64,000 nt of DNA from an uncultured Candidatus Binatia bacterium (lineage in GTDB: Bacteria; Desulfobacterota; Binatia; UBA9968; JAJDTQ01). The notes under the pieces are model-generated. The model saw nothing but the letters and a program-made list of their open reading frames with translations. It was not told where the DNA came from and did no database searches. Of this stretch, positions 22,371 to 32,909 are shown one piece after another (the stretch's first letter is position 1; the number at the start of each line of letters is the position of its first letter). The translations under genes and the position numbers were made by a program. The stretch spans positions 2,528,001 through 2,592,000 of the forward strand of contig OZ219754.1 in NCBI GenBank assembly GCA_964291295.2. The letters are read 5' to 3'.

Positions 22371-23736
22371 ATGGATGCCACCGCAAGACACCTGAGCACC
22401 AGCGCAGCCGCCCTGGACTTCGTCGACCTGCCGGCCGATGCCGTGCACGAGGCGCGCCGCCGCATACTGGACTCGGTGGGTTGCGCGCTGGCGGCCATTG
22501 GCGCCGAACCCGGCCGCATCGCCCGGAACCTCGCGCCGGCGGTCGAAGCGCCCGGCGCGGCGAGCATTCTGGGTACCGGACAAGCCACCTCCCCGGATAT
22601 GGCGGCCTTTGCCAACACCGTCATGATCCGCTACCTGAACTGCAACGACAGTCTTGTGTCCCTGGGCGGGGGCCATCCCAGCGACATGCTGCCGGCGGTG
22701 CTGGCGGCCGCCCAGGTGGCCGGCGCGTCCGGCCGTACGGTGATCGCCGTGTTGATTCTTGCCTACGAGATATACGGGCGGTTCGCCGAGCGCTTTGCGA
22801 CCCGGGAGAAGGGGTGGGACCAGGGCCTCTTCATCGGTCCGGCGAGCGCCTGTGCGGCGGGGAAGGTTCTGGGGCTGCCGGCGGTTCGCCTCGCTCACGC
22901 CATGTCCATGACCGTGATGTCCCAGGTGCCGCTGGGCCACACCCGGACAGGCGAGTTGTCCATGTGGAAGGGCTGCGCCACGGCCATGGCCGTGCGCAAC
23001 GCGGTCTTCGCCGCGCTGCTTGCCCGTGCCGGAATGGATGGGCCGCCGGAACCCTTTGAAGGACGCTGCGGCCTGTTCGACCAGGTGACCGGGGCCTTGC
23101 GGCTTGAGGGTTTCGGCCATGCCGGAGCGGGCGTGCCGCTCAAGATCGCCGACACCAGCATCAAGTACTTACCGGCGCAGATCCACACCCAGGCCGGCGC
23201 CGCCATGGCCCTGGAAATGAGGGATGCGCTGGATCTCGACGATATCGAGCGCATCCGAATCCGGACCTGCGCCGTGGCCGTGCGCAACGCCGCTGGCGAG
23301 CCCGGAAAGTGGGATCCCAAGACCCGTGAAACCGCCGATCACAGCCTCCCCTACGTGGTCGCCGCGGCCCTGACCGACGGCGCATTGACCCTCGCCAGCT
23401 TTGACGACAGGCGTATCGGCGCTCCGGCCGCTCATGCGCAAGGTCGAGGTGTCTGAGGATCCCGAGGCCACCCGCCATTTTCCCGCGCGGCAGCGGGCGC
23501 GAATGGAGATCGAATTGCGTTCCGGACGGCGGCTGACACGGACTGCCGACTACCCCAAGGGCCACAGCCGCAATCCGCTGTCCGACAGCGATCTGTAGCG
23601 GAAGTTCCTGGGCCTCACGGCGGGCATCCTGTCCCGGTCCCGCCAGTTGTCCCTGTTGGAGCTTCTGTGGCACGTTGACGAACTGGAAAACCTGCACGAC
23701 CTGTTCAAGGCTGCGCGGGTGGAATCGGGCGCATAG
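22371..23736 (+). pseudogene. MmgE/PrpD family protein, frameshifted with an internal stop
   Basis: IRYLNCND, GHPSD, LSMWKG, TRETADHSLPY; frame change near 23420 and in-frame TAG at 23596-23598 after YPKGHSRNPLSDSDL. Confidence 0.8.
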
Positions 23737-23761
23737 GCATGGTTCAGGAGGAGGTGTCGTC

Positions 23762-24136
23762 ATGTTCGGGCTGACACGGTTTCGCTCGTGGAATTTCAAC
23801 GCCGAGGAGCTGGACCGGACCGTGAGCTTCTACCAGGATGTCCTCGGAGCGACGGTGCGCAAGAAACATGTGGTGGCCGGCGTGGACGTCGTCCGGCTCG
23901 ATCTCGGTGGCGTTGTCCTGGGTCTGTTCGACGCCTCGAAAGACCGCCACCCCCGCGTGCCCCATCACACCTTCGAGATCGACGGTCCGAGCGAGCCGGA
24001 GGATCTGGTCAAGGAAATCGAGGCCAGAGGCGCCAGGGTGAGCGAGCTCCGCCGCCACGACGAGGGCCAGGGTTACTCCGTCTATGTCATCGACCCGAGC
24101 GGGAACCGCCTGGAGCTCTCCACGTCCTCCAGATAG
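23762..24136 (+). CDS. VOC/glyoxalase family protein
   Basis: FYQDVLG, HHTFEI, YVIDPSGNRLEL. Confidence 0.85.
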   Translation: MFGLTRFRSWNFNAEELDRTVSFYQDVLGATVRKKHVVAGVDVVRLDLGGVVLGLFDASKDRHPRVPHHTFEIDGPSEPEDLVKEIEARGARVSELRRHDEGQGYSVYVIDPSGNRLELSTSSR

Positions 24137-24272
24137 CGTGGAGGCCGCACGCAGGGAGGGGGTGCGACCCAACCGTTCAAGCCCTTCCGGCGGCGGGATT
24201 TCCCTGATCCAGTCGGCTCCGGCCGACAGTGCGGAGGGAAGCGTGCGGGGAGTGTCCTTGCGCAGATGGCTC

Positions 24273-25042
24273 AGCATATTCCAACAAGAAGATGAGGCTA
24301 TGCAGGGTGTTGCGGGAGGGTGGAGGGTTCGACCACGAGGTTGATGAGGTAGAGCGTTTGGCACCGTCGCGGTCGCTCTGCTGGACGGTGTCCACGCGCA
24401 GCGGCGGTTGGGCTGCGGGGCGCGCCGTTCGTCCACGGTCCCGGCGTCCGCACGGGTGCCGACGACAACGGTGCGGACGCCTCGGGTAGATGCGGGAGCC
24501 ACGCAGTTTCTAGAGGTGGTTCGGCCGAGACCTCGGCCCGCGGCTCGAAGCGCGGATCCCGGAAGGGATGGAACAGGGGCTGCAGCACCACCCGCGTGGC
24601 CAAGCCTGACATCTGGCCCAAGTCCTCGTCCACCCGCGCCAGTAGTCGCATGACCGCCGGCGAGCAGAGCCGGGCGAAGGGCGGTAGCCCTGGCGTCGGT
24701 GCACGACCCGGCTGGTCTTGCGGAACGGGCGAATCAGCGGGGTGCTCGAGAGTAGGCGGTGGTCTTTTCCAGAAAGCGCATCACCGGCGTTTTGGACGGT
24801 TTGTCCAAACCACTGTAGCCGAGGCGCCCCAAGGTCGATTTGAGGAACTCGCAGGTGTCGGTGGGGTGAAAGTCTACAGGCTTGCGCGCCTCGACGAAGG
24901 CGGCAATCGGTTCGATAGTGCCCAAGGGTACCGTTCGAGGTGTCACGATCATTTTATGACGATCCCCGACACCCCAGCTTCAGGCTCACATTGCATTGGA
25001 ATCGCTTCAGGCTTTCAGGCTCACATTGCGTTGGACAAGACT
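24273..25042 (-). mobile_element. Second, internally deleted copy of the IS at 5617-6936
   Basis: Same ends AGCATATTCCAACAAGAAGAT and TTGGACAAGACT; MIVTPRTVPLGTIEPIAAFVEA matches MIVTLRTERLGTIEQIAAFVEA. Confidence 0.8.
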
Positions 25043-25055
25043 GCTGCTTGACAGT

Positions 25056-25072
25056 GGGGGGGGGGGGGGGGG
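25056..25072 (+). repeat. Poly-G tract (G17)
   Basis: Read directly from the sequence. Confidence 0.85.
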
Positions 25073-25463
25073 TAAAGTCTGAATCCGTGACAGGATCACG
25101 AGGGTATCGACGTGGCGGCGCTGGCCGAATCCGACTTGGGGAAGGTCCGAACGACCCCGGATTTGCTGGGGCTGAATCAATACAATCCACAGGTTGTGAG
25201 TGGCTCAATGTCACGCCGTGGCCTTGTTCGGACGTTCCTTGGACTTCATGGGGTGAGGCACGCGATTGCGAAGGAGTTGAGCAATTTATCCATGAGGAAG
25301 TGAGAAGGACGACTTTGACGGCAGTAAGCAAGACGGATCGGGAGACTTGTTCAAACCATACCCTCCTGAATGCCTGCTGAGGTTGCCGGAGGGAAGTTCC
25401 GTGGCATTGTGCCAAGGCCCGTCGTACCAGAGCTGTTTTTGAAGGCGGCAGGGGAGTTCGAGA

Positions 25464-27275
25464 ATGAAAAGGACGAGGAGAATATTGATGTACGGAATGA
25501 TGCACGGGATGATGCACAGGAACCTGGCGGCGATCTTCTGCGCGGTGGTGTTGGCCTTCGGGCTGGCGGCATGCGGAGGCAGCAGCAACAACAACCGGAC
25601 CCCGGCGACGACCCCGGATCCGCCGCCGGCGGGGCCGACGGCAGTGGAGACGGCGATAAAGGAGGCCCGGACGGCGGCGATGGCGGCGTCGGGCAAGGCC
25701 AAGACGGCGTCGGACAACGCGGGGACGTCGGCGGATGAGGCGGAAGCGGCGATCCTGGGTGTCGTGCCCGTTTTCACTCCCAAGGGGGAGATGACGGCGA
25801 AGAGCTACGCGGATGCGGCCCGGACGGCGGCGGACATGGCGAAGGCGGAGTACGACAAGGCCAAGATGGAGTCGGACAAGGCTGCGGCCACGAGCGACTT
25901 GCGTGTGGCGGCCCAGGCCGAAGTCGATGCCGAGGCGGCGCAGGCGAAGGCCGAGGCTCAGGCGGCGATGGCCGCGGAAAAGGCGAAGATGGCGAAGGAG
26001 GCCGCGGCCAAGGAGGTTCGGCGTGTCGAGGGCATGACCTACAGGTACGGCGACACGACCATCACGGCGGGTGCACCCTATGCCAAGCTCACGACCGGGG
26101 GCAAGACCATCGAGACCGGCAAGCGCGGCAACATCGACGAGAAATCACGGAATTACCGAAAGGAACCCGTCCAATACGTGGCGGCAACGGCAAACAAGCC
26201 GGAGGTGGTTTCCCGGACGGGAATCCATGCACGGACCATCCCCGTCGGTTCCTACAACGACTCGGAGAAGTCCCGTTTCTGGCTGATGGACAAGTATGTC
26301 CGCAACACCAAGGGGGTGAAGGCCTACCGCAGGGCGAAGGACGCCAGCGATCAGCCGATCAACGTGACCGCCCCGATCACGGCCGAGAACCCGTTCGGTT
26401 CGGTCACGGTAGGGGAAAAGACCTACAAGGTCATGCGGGCGGAGGGGGAGTTCCATATTCTTGATACCCCGGAGTCGAAGAAACTGGACAAGACGAATGC
26501 CTGGGACTGGATCAATGGGGGCACCAAGGACGCGAATGCGGGCGTGGGCGTCTACTACTACAACAACGGCAGCAAGGACATCTATCTTCTGCGCACCGGA
26601 ACGAGCGGGACCGACAACTTCACCTACCGGCAGATTTTCGTCTACGATGTGCCGGATTTCCCGGAGGCGAGGCCCTATGAGCACATGAACTACGGGATGT
26701 GGCACACGCAGAAGTCAGGCAGGACCAACCTTGGCATCTCATTCGTCACGGTGCTGCCCGATGGCGAGGGCATGACCCCGGCGGCCAACATGCCAGGCTT
26801 CGGCAGTGCCACCTACAGGGGTAATGCAATTTGGCAACACCGCGCACAGCACGCTCAAGGCGAAGGAGGTATCTTCGGTCTTGACGGAACCTCAACCACA
26901 ACGGTGGATTTCGGGAAAAGCACCATCAAGACCGATATTTATCGCGCGCACTTCTTGTTGCAAGGCGGATATGACGGGATTATCGCCACATTCCACGGCA
27001 CCATCGACGGGAACGGGTTCTCGGGCAGCAAAGTGACCAATGTCAACGCCGAAGGCGCCGGCTACGATACACCGGGATTTCTGGCTGGCTATCAGACCCG
27101 CCATCGTACTGCAATAGACTTGGCCACGAGCGTGGACGGCAGCCTGTACGAGGTGAGGGAGTACAGCGGCCATTTCTTCGGGCCGGACGCCGAAGAGGTG
27201 GGCGGCGTGTTCGACATCACATCCAAGGACAAGAAGCACGGCGAGTTGCGCGGCTCTTTCGGCGGCCACAGGTAG
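25464..27275 (+). CDS. Surface lipoprotein with Ala-rich stalk and C-terminal TbpB-like beta-barrel
   Basis: Lipobox LAAC-GG; Ala/Lys/Glu-rich helical region; C-terminal SATYRG...VDFG...GHFFGPDAEEVGGVF...GSFGGHR; start may be a downstream Met. Confidence 0.8.
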   Translation: MKRTRRILMYGMMHGMMHRNLAAIFCAVVLAFGLAACGGSSNNNRTPATTPDPPPAGPTAVETAIKEARTAAMAASGKAKTASDNAGTSADEAEAAILGVVPVFTPKGEMTAKSYADAARTAADMAKAEYDKAKMESDKAAATSDLRVAAQAEVDAEAAQAKAEAQAAMAAEKAKMAKEAAAKEVRRVEGMTYRYGDTTITAGAPYAKLTTGGKTIETGKRGNIDEKSRNYRKEPVQYVAATANKPEVVSRTGIHARTIPVGSYNDSEKSRFWLMDKYVRNTKGVKAYRRAKDASDQPINVTAPITAENPFGSVTVGEKTYKVMRAEGEFHILDTPESKKLDKTNAWDWINGGTKDANAGVGVYYYNNGSKDIYLLRTGTSGTDNFTYRQIFVYDVPDFPEARPYEHMNYGMWHTQKSGRTNLGISFVTVLPDGEGMTPAANMPGFGSATYRGNAIWQHRAQHAQGEGGIFGLDGTSTTTVDFGKSTIKTDIYRAHFLLQGGYDGIIATFHGTIDGNGFSGSKVTNVNAEGAGYDTPGFLAGYQTRHRTAIDLATSVDGSLYEVREYSGHFFGPDAEEVGGVFDITSKDKKHGELRGSFGGHR

Positions 27276-27323
27276 TAAACCGCTCGAAACAGACCGCCAT
27301 CACCGGCGGTGGTTCACGGAGCG

Positions 27324-27365
27324 GGGCGCCCGATCCATCTACGGATCGGGTGCCCTTTTCTTTTT
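27324..27365 (+). terminator. Intrinsic terminator
   Basis: GGGCGCCCGATCC-ATCTAC-GGATCGGGTGCCC followed by TTTTCTTTTT. Confidence 0.8.
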
Positions 27366-27369
27366 CGAC

Positions 27370-28250
27370 AGCCGCGCGGGGAGTGGCGGGAGGCGATGGC
27401 ACGGTTCCGGGCGATGCTGGCGCGCAATCCCGATCTGCCCCGGGTGCGGCTCGACTTGGCGTTGGCCTATTTTCAGGCGGAGGATGACGGCAATGCGGCC
27501 TGTCATTTCCGCCTGGCGCTGGGCGCGAAGGACCTGCCCGAGACGGTGCGCGCCTCGGCGCTCGCTTTCCTCGACCGCATCCGGCGGCGCAAGCGATGGT
27601 CGGTTACCGGCTCGGTGGCGGTTGTGCCCGACACCAACATCAACGCCAGGACCGATGCCCGGGAGATCCTCCTGTTCGGCCAGCGGGCCACGCTGTCGGA
27701 GGATGCGCGCCGGACCAGCGGCGTCGGGGTGACGATCGACATGTCGGGCGGTTACGAAGGGCGGGTTTCGCCCGACCTGCGGTTCCGGGTCGGCGGCGGG
27801 CTTCAGACCCGAACCTGCCGGGAGAGCGATTTCAACGAACAGATCGTCGAACCTGTACGCCGGGCCGCGCTTCCTGTTCGACAAGTTCGACCTGCGTCCC
27901 GACGTGACCGCGCGGCAGCGCTGGCTCGGCGGCACCGCCTGCAGCTTGGCGCTGGGTATCGGGCTTTCGGGCGGGGCAGACATGGCGGCTGGGCGCGTCG
28001 CTCAGCCGCGAGCGGATCGACTACGAGGAGGGCAATCTCGGCGAGGGCAACATCGATTCCGTCGGGCTCGACCTCACCCATGCGCTGGACCAAGCGACGC
28101 TGTTGCGGGCCGACACCGCATGGAGCAGTGCGACGCTGGACCTGGACACCCATTCCTGGCGCGAGTTCCTCGTCGGATTGACGGTTTCGCGCGAGTTGCC
28201 CTTGGTCTTCGTGGCCAGGGGGGGGAGCACTTGGTCCTTGGCGGGTGGCT
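27370..28250 (+). pseudogene. Slam-type (TPR + beta-barrel, DUF560) outer-membrane translocon, truncated and frameshifted
   Basis: RFRAMLARNPDLPRVRLDLALAYF (TPR) and VVPDTNIN; no N-terminal signal peptide; frame breaks from about 27850. Confidence 0.65.
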
Positions 28251-28403
28251 CTTGACGCGGACGGCAACCGGGACGTAATCTTCATCGCAGAGACCGCCAT
28301 CGACTTCAGAGACGGCGGAGAACGGTGCAATGGATAGAACGGTGCAATGGATCCTTGACGGCTTGTGGGGCGGTTGAGGGTCCGGACATGAAAGGAGTCC
28401 TTC

Positions 28404-29453
28404 ATGCGGTACCACGACAATGCGAAAAGAGCCTTGGCGATCCTCACCCGGCGGGCGCTTCCCGCCGGGTTGGCGCTGGGTGTCTGCCTGATGACCGCGG
28501 CAACGTCGGCCGCCGCGCCCATCGTTGCCGAGTTGATCAGCGCTCCCGGCGTGCCGCCGCCCATCACGCGCACCGAACCGGCGCACGTGATCGTGAACCT
28601 CGTCACCGAGGAGAAGGTGGGCGAGTTGTCACAGGGGGTGCAGTACGAGTTCTGGACCTACAACGGCAAGGTGCCCGGTCCCTTTATTCGGCTGCGGCAG
28701 GGAGACACCTTCGAGGTGCGGCTCGACAACACCAAGGGCAAGCTCACCCACACCGTGGACTTTCACGCTGTCACCGGCCCGGGCGGTGGCGCCAACGCGC
28801 TGATGGTGGACCCGGGCAAGACCGCGGTGGCGGTTTTCAAGGCGGTCAACGCGGGTTTTTTCGTCTACCACTGCGCCGCTCCTCCCATTCCGGCCCACAT
28901 CTCCAACGGCCTGTACGGAGTCGTGCTGGTGGAGCCGGCCGGCGGCCTGCCGAAAGTCGACCGCGAATACTACGTGATGCAGAGCGAGTTCTACACGGAG
29001 AATGAGGTGGGTGAAGAGGGCCTGCAGAGCTTCTCCTCGGCGAAAGGCCAAGCTGAGACTCCGGAGTACATCGTCTTCAACGGCCACACGGAGTCGTTGA
29101 CCGGGGAAGGCGCACTCAAGGCCAACGTGGGCGAGCGGGTGCGCCTGTACGTGGGCAACATCGGCCCGAACAAGACCTCGTCCTTCCACGTCATCGGCGA
29201 GATCTTCGACGCGGTGTACCGGGAAGGCTCCGTGAGCAATCCGGACAAGGACGTCCAGACGACCCTGATCCCCAGCGGTTCGGCCTCCATCGTCGATTTC
29301 AAGGTGGACGTGCCGGGCAACTATCTCCTGGTGGATCACGCGATTTTCCGCATCCTTCGGGGCGCCGTGGGCATACTGACCGTGGAAGGTCCCGAGCAGC
29401 CCGACATCTATGCGGTCAAGCAGAAGGGCTCAAGCGCGGACAGCGGCCACTGA
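28404..29453 (+). CDS. nirK: Copper-containing nitrite reductase (AniA-like)
   Basis: Signal peptide; FWTYNGKVPGP, HTVDFH, YHC...HISNGLYG, SSFHVIGEIFD, VDHAIFR. Confidence 0.92.
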   Translation: MRYHDNAKRALAILTRRALPAGLALGVCLMTAATSAAAPIVAELISAPGVPPPITRTEPAHVIVNLVTEEKVGELSQGVQYEFWTYNGKVPGPFIRLRQGDTFEVRLDNTKGKLTHTVDFHAVTGPGGGANALMVDPGKTAVAVFKAVNAGFFVYHCAAPPIPAHISNGLYGVVLVEPAGGLPKVDREYYVMQSEFYTENEVGEEGLQSFSSAKGQAETPEYIVFNGHTESLTGEGALKANVGERVRLYVGNIGPNKTSSFHVIGEIFDAVYREGSVSNPDKDVQTTLIPSGSASIVDFKVDVPGNYLLVDHAIFRILRGAVGILTVEGPEQPDIYAVKQKGSSADSGH

Positions 29454-29628
29454 GAACGCGCCCCTGTCCTTCGTGGCGGTGGGTTCGCGGAAACCGAACG
29501 GCGCTGGCGGGTGATGGACCTGCCGGCGCCGTTTTCGATGCGGAAGACCATGGCTGAAGGTTCTCGCGCCGGGCACTCGGCCGCCTGAGTCGATGGCCGG
29601 GCGGCCGCGGTAGGCGGGGTACGGGCCC

Positions 29629-30486
29629 TCAGCCGGCCCTTGCGGCCTGGATCGTCCTCTCCACGTACACCTGTGCCAGGTGGGAACGGTAGGCGGGGGT
29701 GGCGTTGACGTCCTGGATGGGGTCGACGCCGTCCGTGACCCGCGCGGCGGCGCTTGCGATGGTGCTGTCGTCGAGTTGCCGCCCGCGCAGCGCCTCTTCG
29801 ACCCTTTCCGCGCGGTAGGCCACGTCACCCACGCCGGTCACGCCGATGGCGATCTCCTCGCAGGTGCCGCCGGCGGACTCCTTGAGACAGACGGCCACGC
29901 CGACGATGGCAAAGCCGGCGGCCTGCCGGGACGCCTTCCGGTAGGCCACCTTGTAGCCGTCCCGGGTCGGCACCCGAATCTCGGTCAGGAGTTCCTCGGG
30001 CATGAGGCTGGTGGTCAGCATGGTGATGAAGAAGTCGCGGGCGGGAATCCATCGCTCCCCGTCCGGTCCGGCGGCCTTGAGTTCCGCATCCAGGGCCAGG
30101 ATGGCCGCGGGCAGATCCTCGGCCGGGTCGGCGTGGGCCAGCCCGCCGCCGATGGTGCCGCGGTTCCGTACCTGGACGTCGCCCACCACCGCCGCGGTCC
30201 GGGCCAGCAGCGGGCAGCGGCTCAGGAGCGGCGCGGACTCGGCCAGATCGGTGTAGGTGGTCAGGGCGCCTATCGCGATCCGGTCGCCATCCGCACGAAT
30301 GTAGTTGAACTCCGTGAGGCCGCCGATGTCGATGACCACCGCGGGCTTGGCGAGGCGGAGCTTCATGAGGGGCAGCAGGCTCTGGCCCCCGGCCAGAATC
30401 TTGGCATCGTCCACGTTGGCGGACAACAGCGACAGGGCCTCCTCCAGGGAGGCGGGTGCATGGTAGTCGAACGCGCCGGGGATCAT
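29629..30486 (-). CDS. Molybdenum hydroxylase FAD-binding subunit (CoxM-like)
   Basis: MIPGAFDYHAP, AGGQSLLP, QVRNRGTIGG. Confidence 0.9.
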   Translation of the reverse strand: MIPGAFDYHAPASLEEALSLLSANVDDAKILAGGQSLLPLMKLRLAKPAVVIDIGGLTEFNYIRADGDRIAIGALTTYTDLAESAPLLSRCPLLARTAAVVGDVQVRNRGTIGGGLAHADPAEDLPAAILALDAELKAAGPDGERWIPARDFFITMLTTSLMPEELLTEIRVPTRDGYKVAYRKASRQAAGFAIVGVAVCLKESAGGTCEEIAIGVTGVGDVAYRAERVEEALRGRQLDDSTIASAAARVTDGVDPIQDVNATPAYRSHLAQVYVERTIQAARAG

Positions 30487-32909
30487 GTCCGGGCCTCCTG
30501 AATCAATTGCCATACCCGTTCGGGTGTCAGCGGCAGTTGCCGGATCCTGACTCCGAAGGGCTCCAGGGCATTCTCCACCGCGCTGGCGATGGCGGCGGGG
30601 GAGGGGATGGCGGCCCCTTCGCCCGCGGCCTTCTGGCCCAGCGGCGTGAACGCCGACGGCGCGGGGCGGTGCTCCACCTCGATGGCGGGAGTCTCGGCGG
30701 TGGAGCACTTGCCGTAGTCCGTGAGCGTGATGGTGAGGAGTTGGCCCTCGTCGTCGTAGATGAAGCCCTCGCCCAGGGCCACGGCGATGCCGTGGGCCGC
30801 GGAGCCGTAGATCTGCCCGTCCACGACATGGGGATTGATGATGGTGCCGTTGTCGCCCACGATGAGATAACGCAGTACCTCGACCTTGCCCGTGCGCGGG
30901 TCCACTTCCACCAGCGCCACGTGGGCGCCGGCGCCGAACGTGAACTGGGCCCGGACCCTGCGGTCGCTGCCCGGCGTCAGATTGGGTCGGGCGTGGGGAA
31001 AGGTGTAATAGAAGGTGGTCTGAAGCCCGGCGTCGATACCCTCGGGCAGGAGCGACTGGTTGTTGTAGGCCACCTTGCCGAGTTCGGCGAAGGTGAGCCT
31101 GCGCCGCGGATAACCCGGTACGGTGACCACGCCGTCGGCGATCTCCAGGTCCGACGGCTCGGCGTCGAGGATGTGGCCGGCCACCTTGAGGAGCTTCTCC
31201 CGGAGTTGCGTTGCCGCGCCGATGATGGAACCGATGTCGTAGAGGTGGAAGTTGTTGCCGCTGTTGGCCGCGGCCACGCCCCAGGGCGCCACATCGCTGT
31301 CGAAGGGGGTGGTGGTGCTGATGACGTCGGGGCTCACGCCAAGAATGCCCGCGGCCACCTGGGCGGTGGTGGTCTCGTGGGCCTGTCCACAGTTGGGGGA
31401 GCCCAGGTAGAGGGCGATGGTGCCGTTCTTCTCCAGCTTGATGGTGGCGCCGTTGATGCCGCCGGCTCCCGGCGTTTCCTTCATCTCGGGAAAGATCGCC
31501 ATGTCCCGGGCGGCGTTGCGGCCTCCCGGCTCCACCCCGATGACCACTCCGATGCCCAGATAGCGGCCCTTCCCGCGCTCCCGCGCCTGCTCTTCCTTGA
31601 ACCCCTGGTAGTCGGCCCGCTCCAACGCGCGTTGCAGCAGGCCGGGATAGTCGCCGCTGTCGTAGACATTGCCGTTGGGGGTAGTGTAGGGCATCTGCTC
31701 GGGCTGCACCAGGTTCCTGAAGCGAACCTCCGAGGGGTCCATGTCCAGCTCCTGGGCCACCCGGTCGATGATGCGCTCCCAGATGTAGCACATGCCCGGC
31801 TTGCCGATGCCGCGGTTGGGGATCACCGGGCAGCGGTTGGTGACCACCGAGTAGCCGTCCGCTCGTATGTTCTGCACCCGGTAGGTGTTGCTGAGGTTGT
31901 TGAGCTTGTTGGTGAAGTGGATGGTGAGGGTGCTCACCGAGCCGCCCACGTCGTCGATCTCCCTGAAGCGCAGGCCGGTTACCGTGCCGTCGTTCTTCAC
32001 CGCCGCCTCGACGTCGAAATACTGCTCGCAGGCGTGGCCTGCGGCCATCATGTGCTCGTTGCGGTCTTCGATCCATTTCACCGGGCGACCGGACTTGATG
32101 GCCAGGAGCGCCACGATCACCACATACTTGCGTATCAGGTGGATCTTCTGTCCGAAGCCGCCGCCGATGTCCGGGATGATGACGCGGATGTCGTCCAGGG
32201 CCAGGGCTTCCCGCAGCGCGTCGTAGATATTCTCCGGCACCTGGGTGTTGGTGCGGACCGTGAGCTTGCGGCTGAAGCGGTCGAAGGAGGCGATGCACGC
32301 CAGCGGTTCCAGCGGCGTCGAACTGTACCGGTGGATCTTGAGATCCTCCCGCACCACGCGGTCGGCTTCCCGGAACGCCTTCTCGGTATCGCCATACTCC
32401 AGGGTCCCCTGCCAGGCCAGATTGGCGCCCAGCTCTTCATAGATCAGGGCGGGGTTCTCGCCGGCCACGGCCTGGTGGACGTCGGTGACCACCGGCAGGG
32501 TCTCGTAGTCCACCTGGATGGACTCGAGAACGTCCTCCGCCGTACTCCGGTCCCTGGCTGCCAACGCGCCCACGGGTTCGCCCACGTAGCGCACCTTGTC
32601 CACTGCGCCCGCGTACTCCTCCACCGGCTTCTTGAGGCCGGCGGCATAGCGGCCCGGCCGGAACGGCCGGGTGTCCCGTTTCACGTCCTCGGGAGTGACC
32701 ACCGCGAACACGTCCGGGCGGCTCCGGGCGGCCCGGGCATTCACGCCGAGAATGCGCGCGTGCGCGTGCGGGCTGCGGATGAAAACGGCCTGCAGCATGC
32801 CGGGTTCGGTGAAGTCGTCGGTGTATCGCCCCTGTCCGGTGGTGAGCCGCGGTCCTTCCTTGCTCCGCGTGGCAAGGCCGACGTATGGATTCGGATTGGC
32901 TTTAGTCAT
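30483..32909 (-). CDS. Xanthine dehydrogenase-family molybdopterin-binding subunit (CoxL-like, not CODH)
   Basis: RSPHAHARI, IGGGFGQK, YDSGDY, INPHVVDGQIYG, GQKAAGE; active-site loop reads PNRGIG. Confidence 0.9.
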   Translation of the reverse strand: MTKANPNPYVGLATRSKEGPRLTTGQGRYTDDFTEPGMLQAVFIRSPHAHARILGVNARAARSRPDVFAVVTPEDVKRDTRPFRPGRYAAGLKKPVEEYAGAVDKVRYVGEPVGALAARDRSTAEDVLESIQVDYETLPVVTDVHQAVAGENPALIYEELGANLAWQGTLEYGDTEKAFREADRVVREDLKIHRYSSTPLEPLACIASFDRFSRKLTVRTNTQVPENIYDALREALALDDIRVIIPDIGGGFGQKIHLIRKYVVIVALLAIKSGRPVKWIEDRNEHMMAAGHACEQYFDVEAAVKNDGTVTGLRFREIDDVGGSVSTLTIHFTNKLNNLSNTYRVQNIRADGYSVVTNRCPVIPNRGIGKPGMCYIWERIIDRVAQELDMDPSEVRFRNLVQPEQMPYTTPNGNVYDSGDYPGLLQRALERADYQGFKEEQARERGKGRYLGIGVVIGVEPGGRNAARDMAIFPEMKETPGAGGINGATIKLEKNGTIALYLGSPNCGQAHETTTAQVAAGILGVSPDVISTTTPFDSDVAPWGVAAANSGNNFHLYDIGSIIGAATQLREKLLKVAGHILDAEPSDLEIADGVVTVPGYPRRRLTFAELGKVAYNNQSLLPEGIDAGLQTTFYYTFPHARPNLTPGSDRRVRAQFTFGAGAHVALVEVDPRTGKVEVLRYLIVGDNGTIINPHVVDGQIYGSAAHGIAVALGEGFIYDDEGQLLTITLTDYGKCSTAETPAIEVEHRPAPSAFTPLGQKAAGEGAAIPSPAAIASAVENALEPFGVRIRQLPLTPERVWQLIQEART

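Noticed and set aside
23596-23598. In-frame TAG in the MmgE/PrpD gene as pyrrolysine or readthrough
   Set aside because: The gene also has an upstream frameshift, so simple decay explains it.
29629-32298. Long apparent fusion ORFs (889 aa here; also 298-2790, 37602-39185, 58994-61492, 62096-63688)
   Set aside because: Their N-terminal parts are Arg/Pro/Gly-rich off-frame read-through overlapping real genes, typical of high-GC DNA.
30483-32909. Aerobic CO dehydrogenase (coxL)
   Set aside because: It lacks the AYxCSFR and AYxGAGR loops and there are no cox accessory genes nearby.
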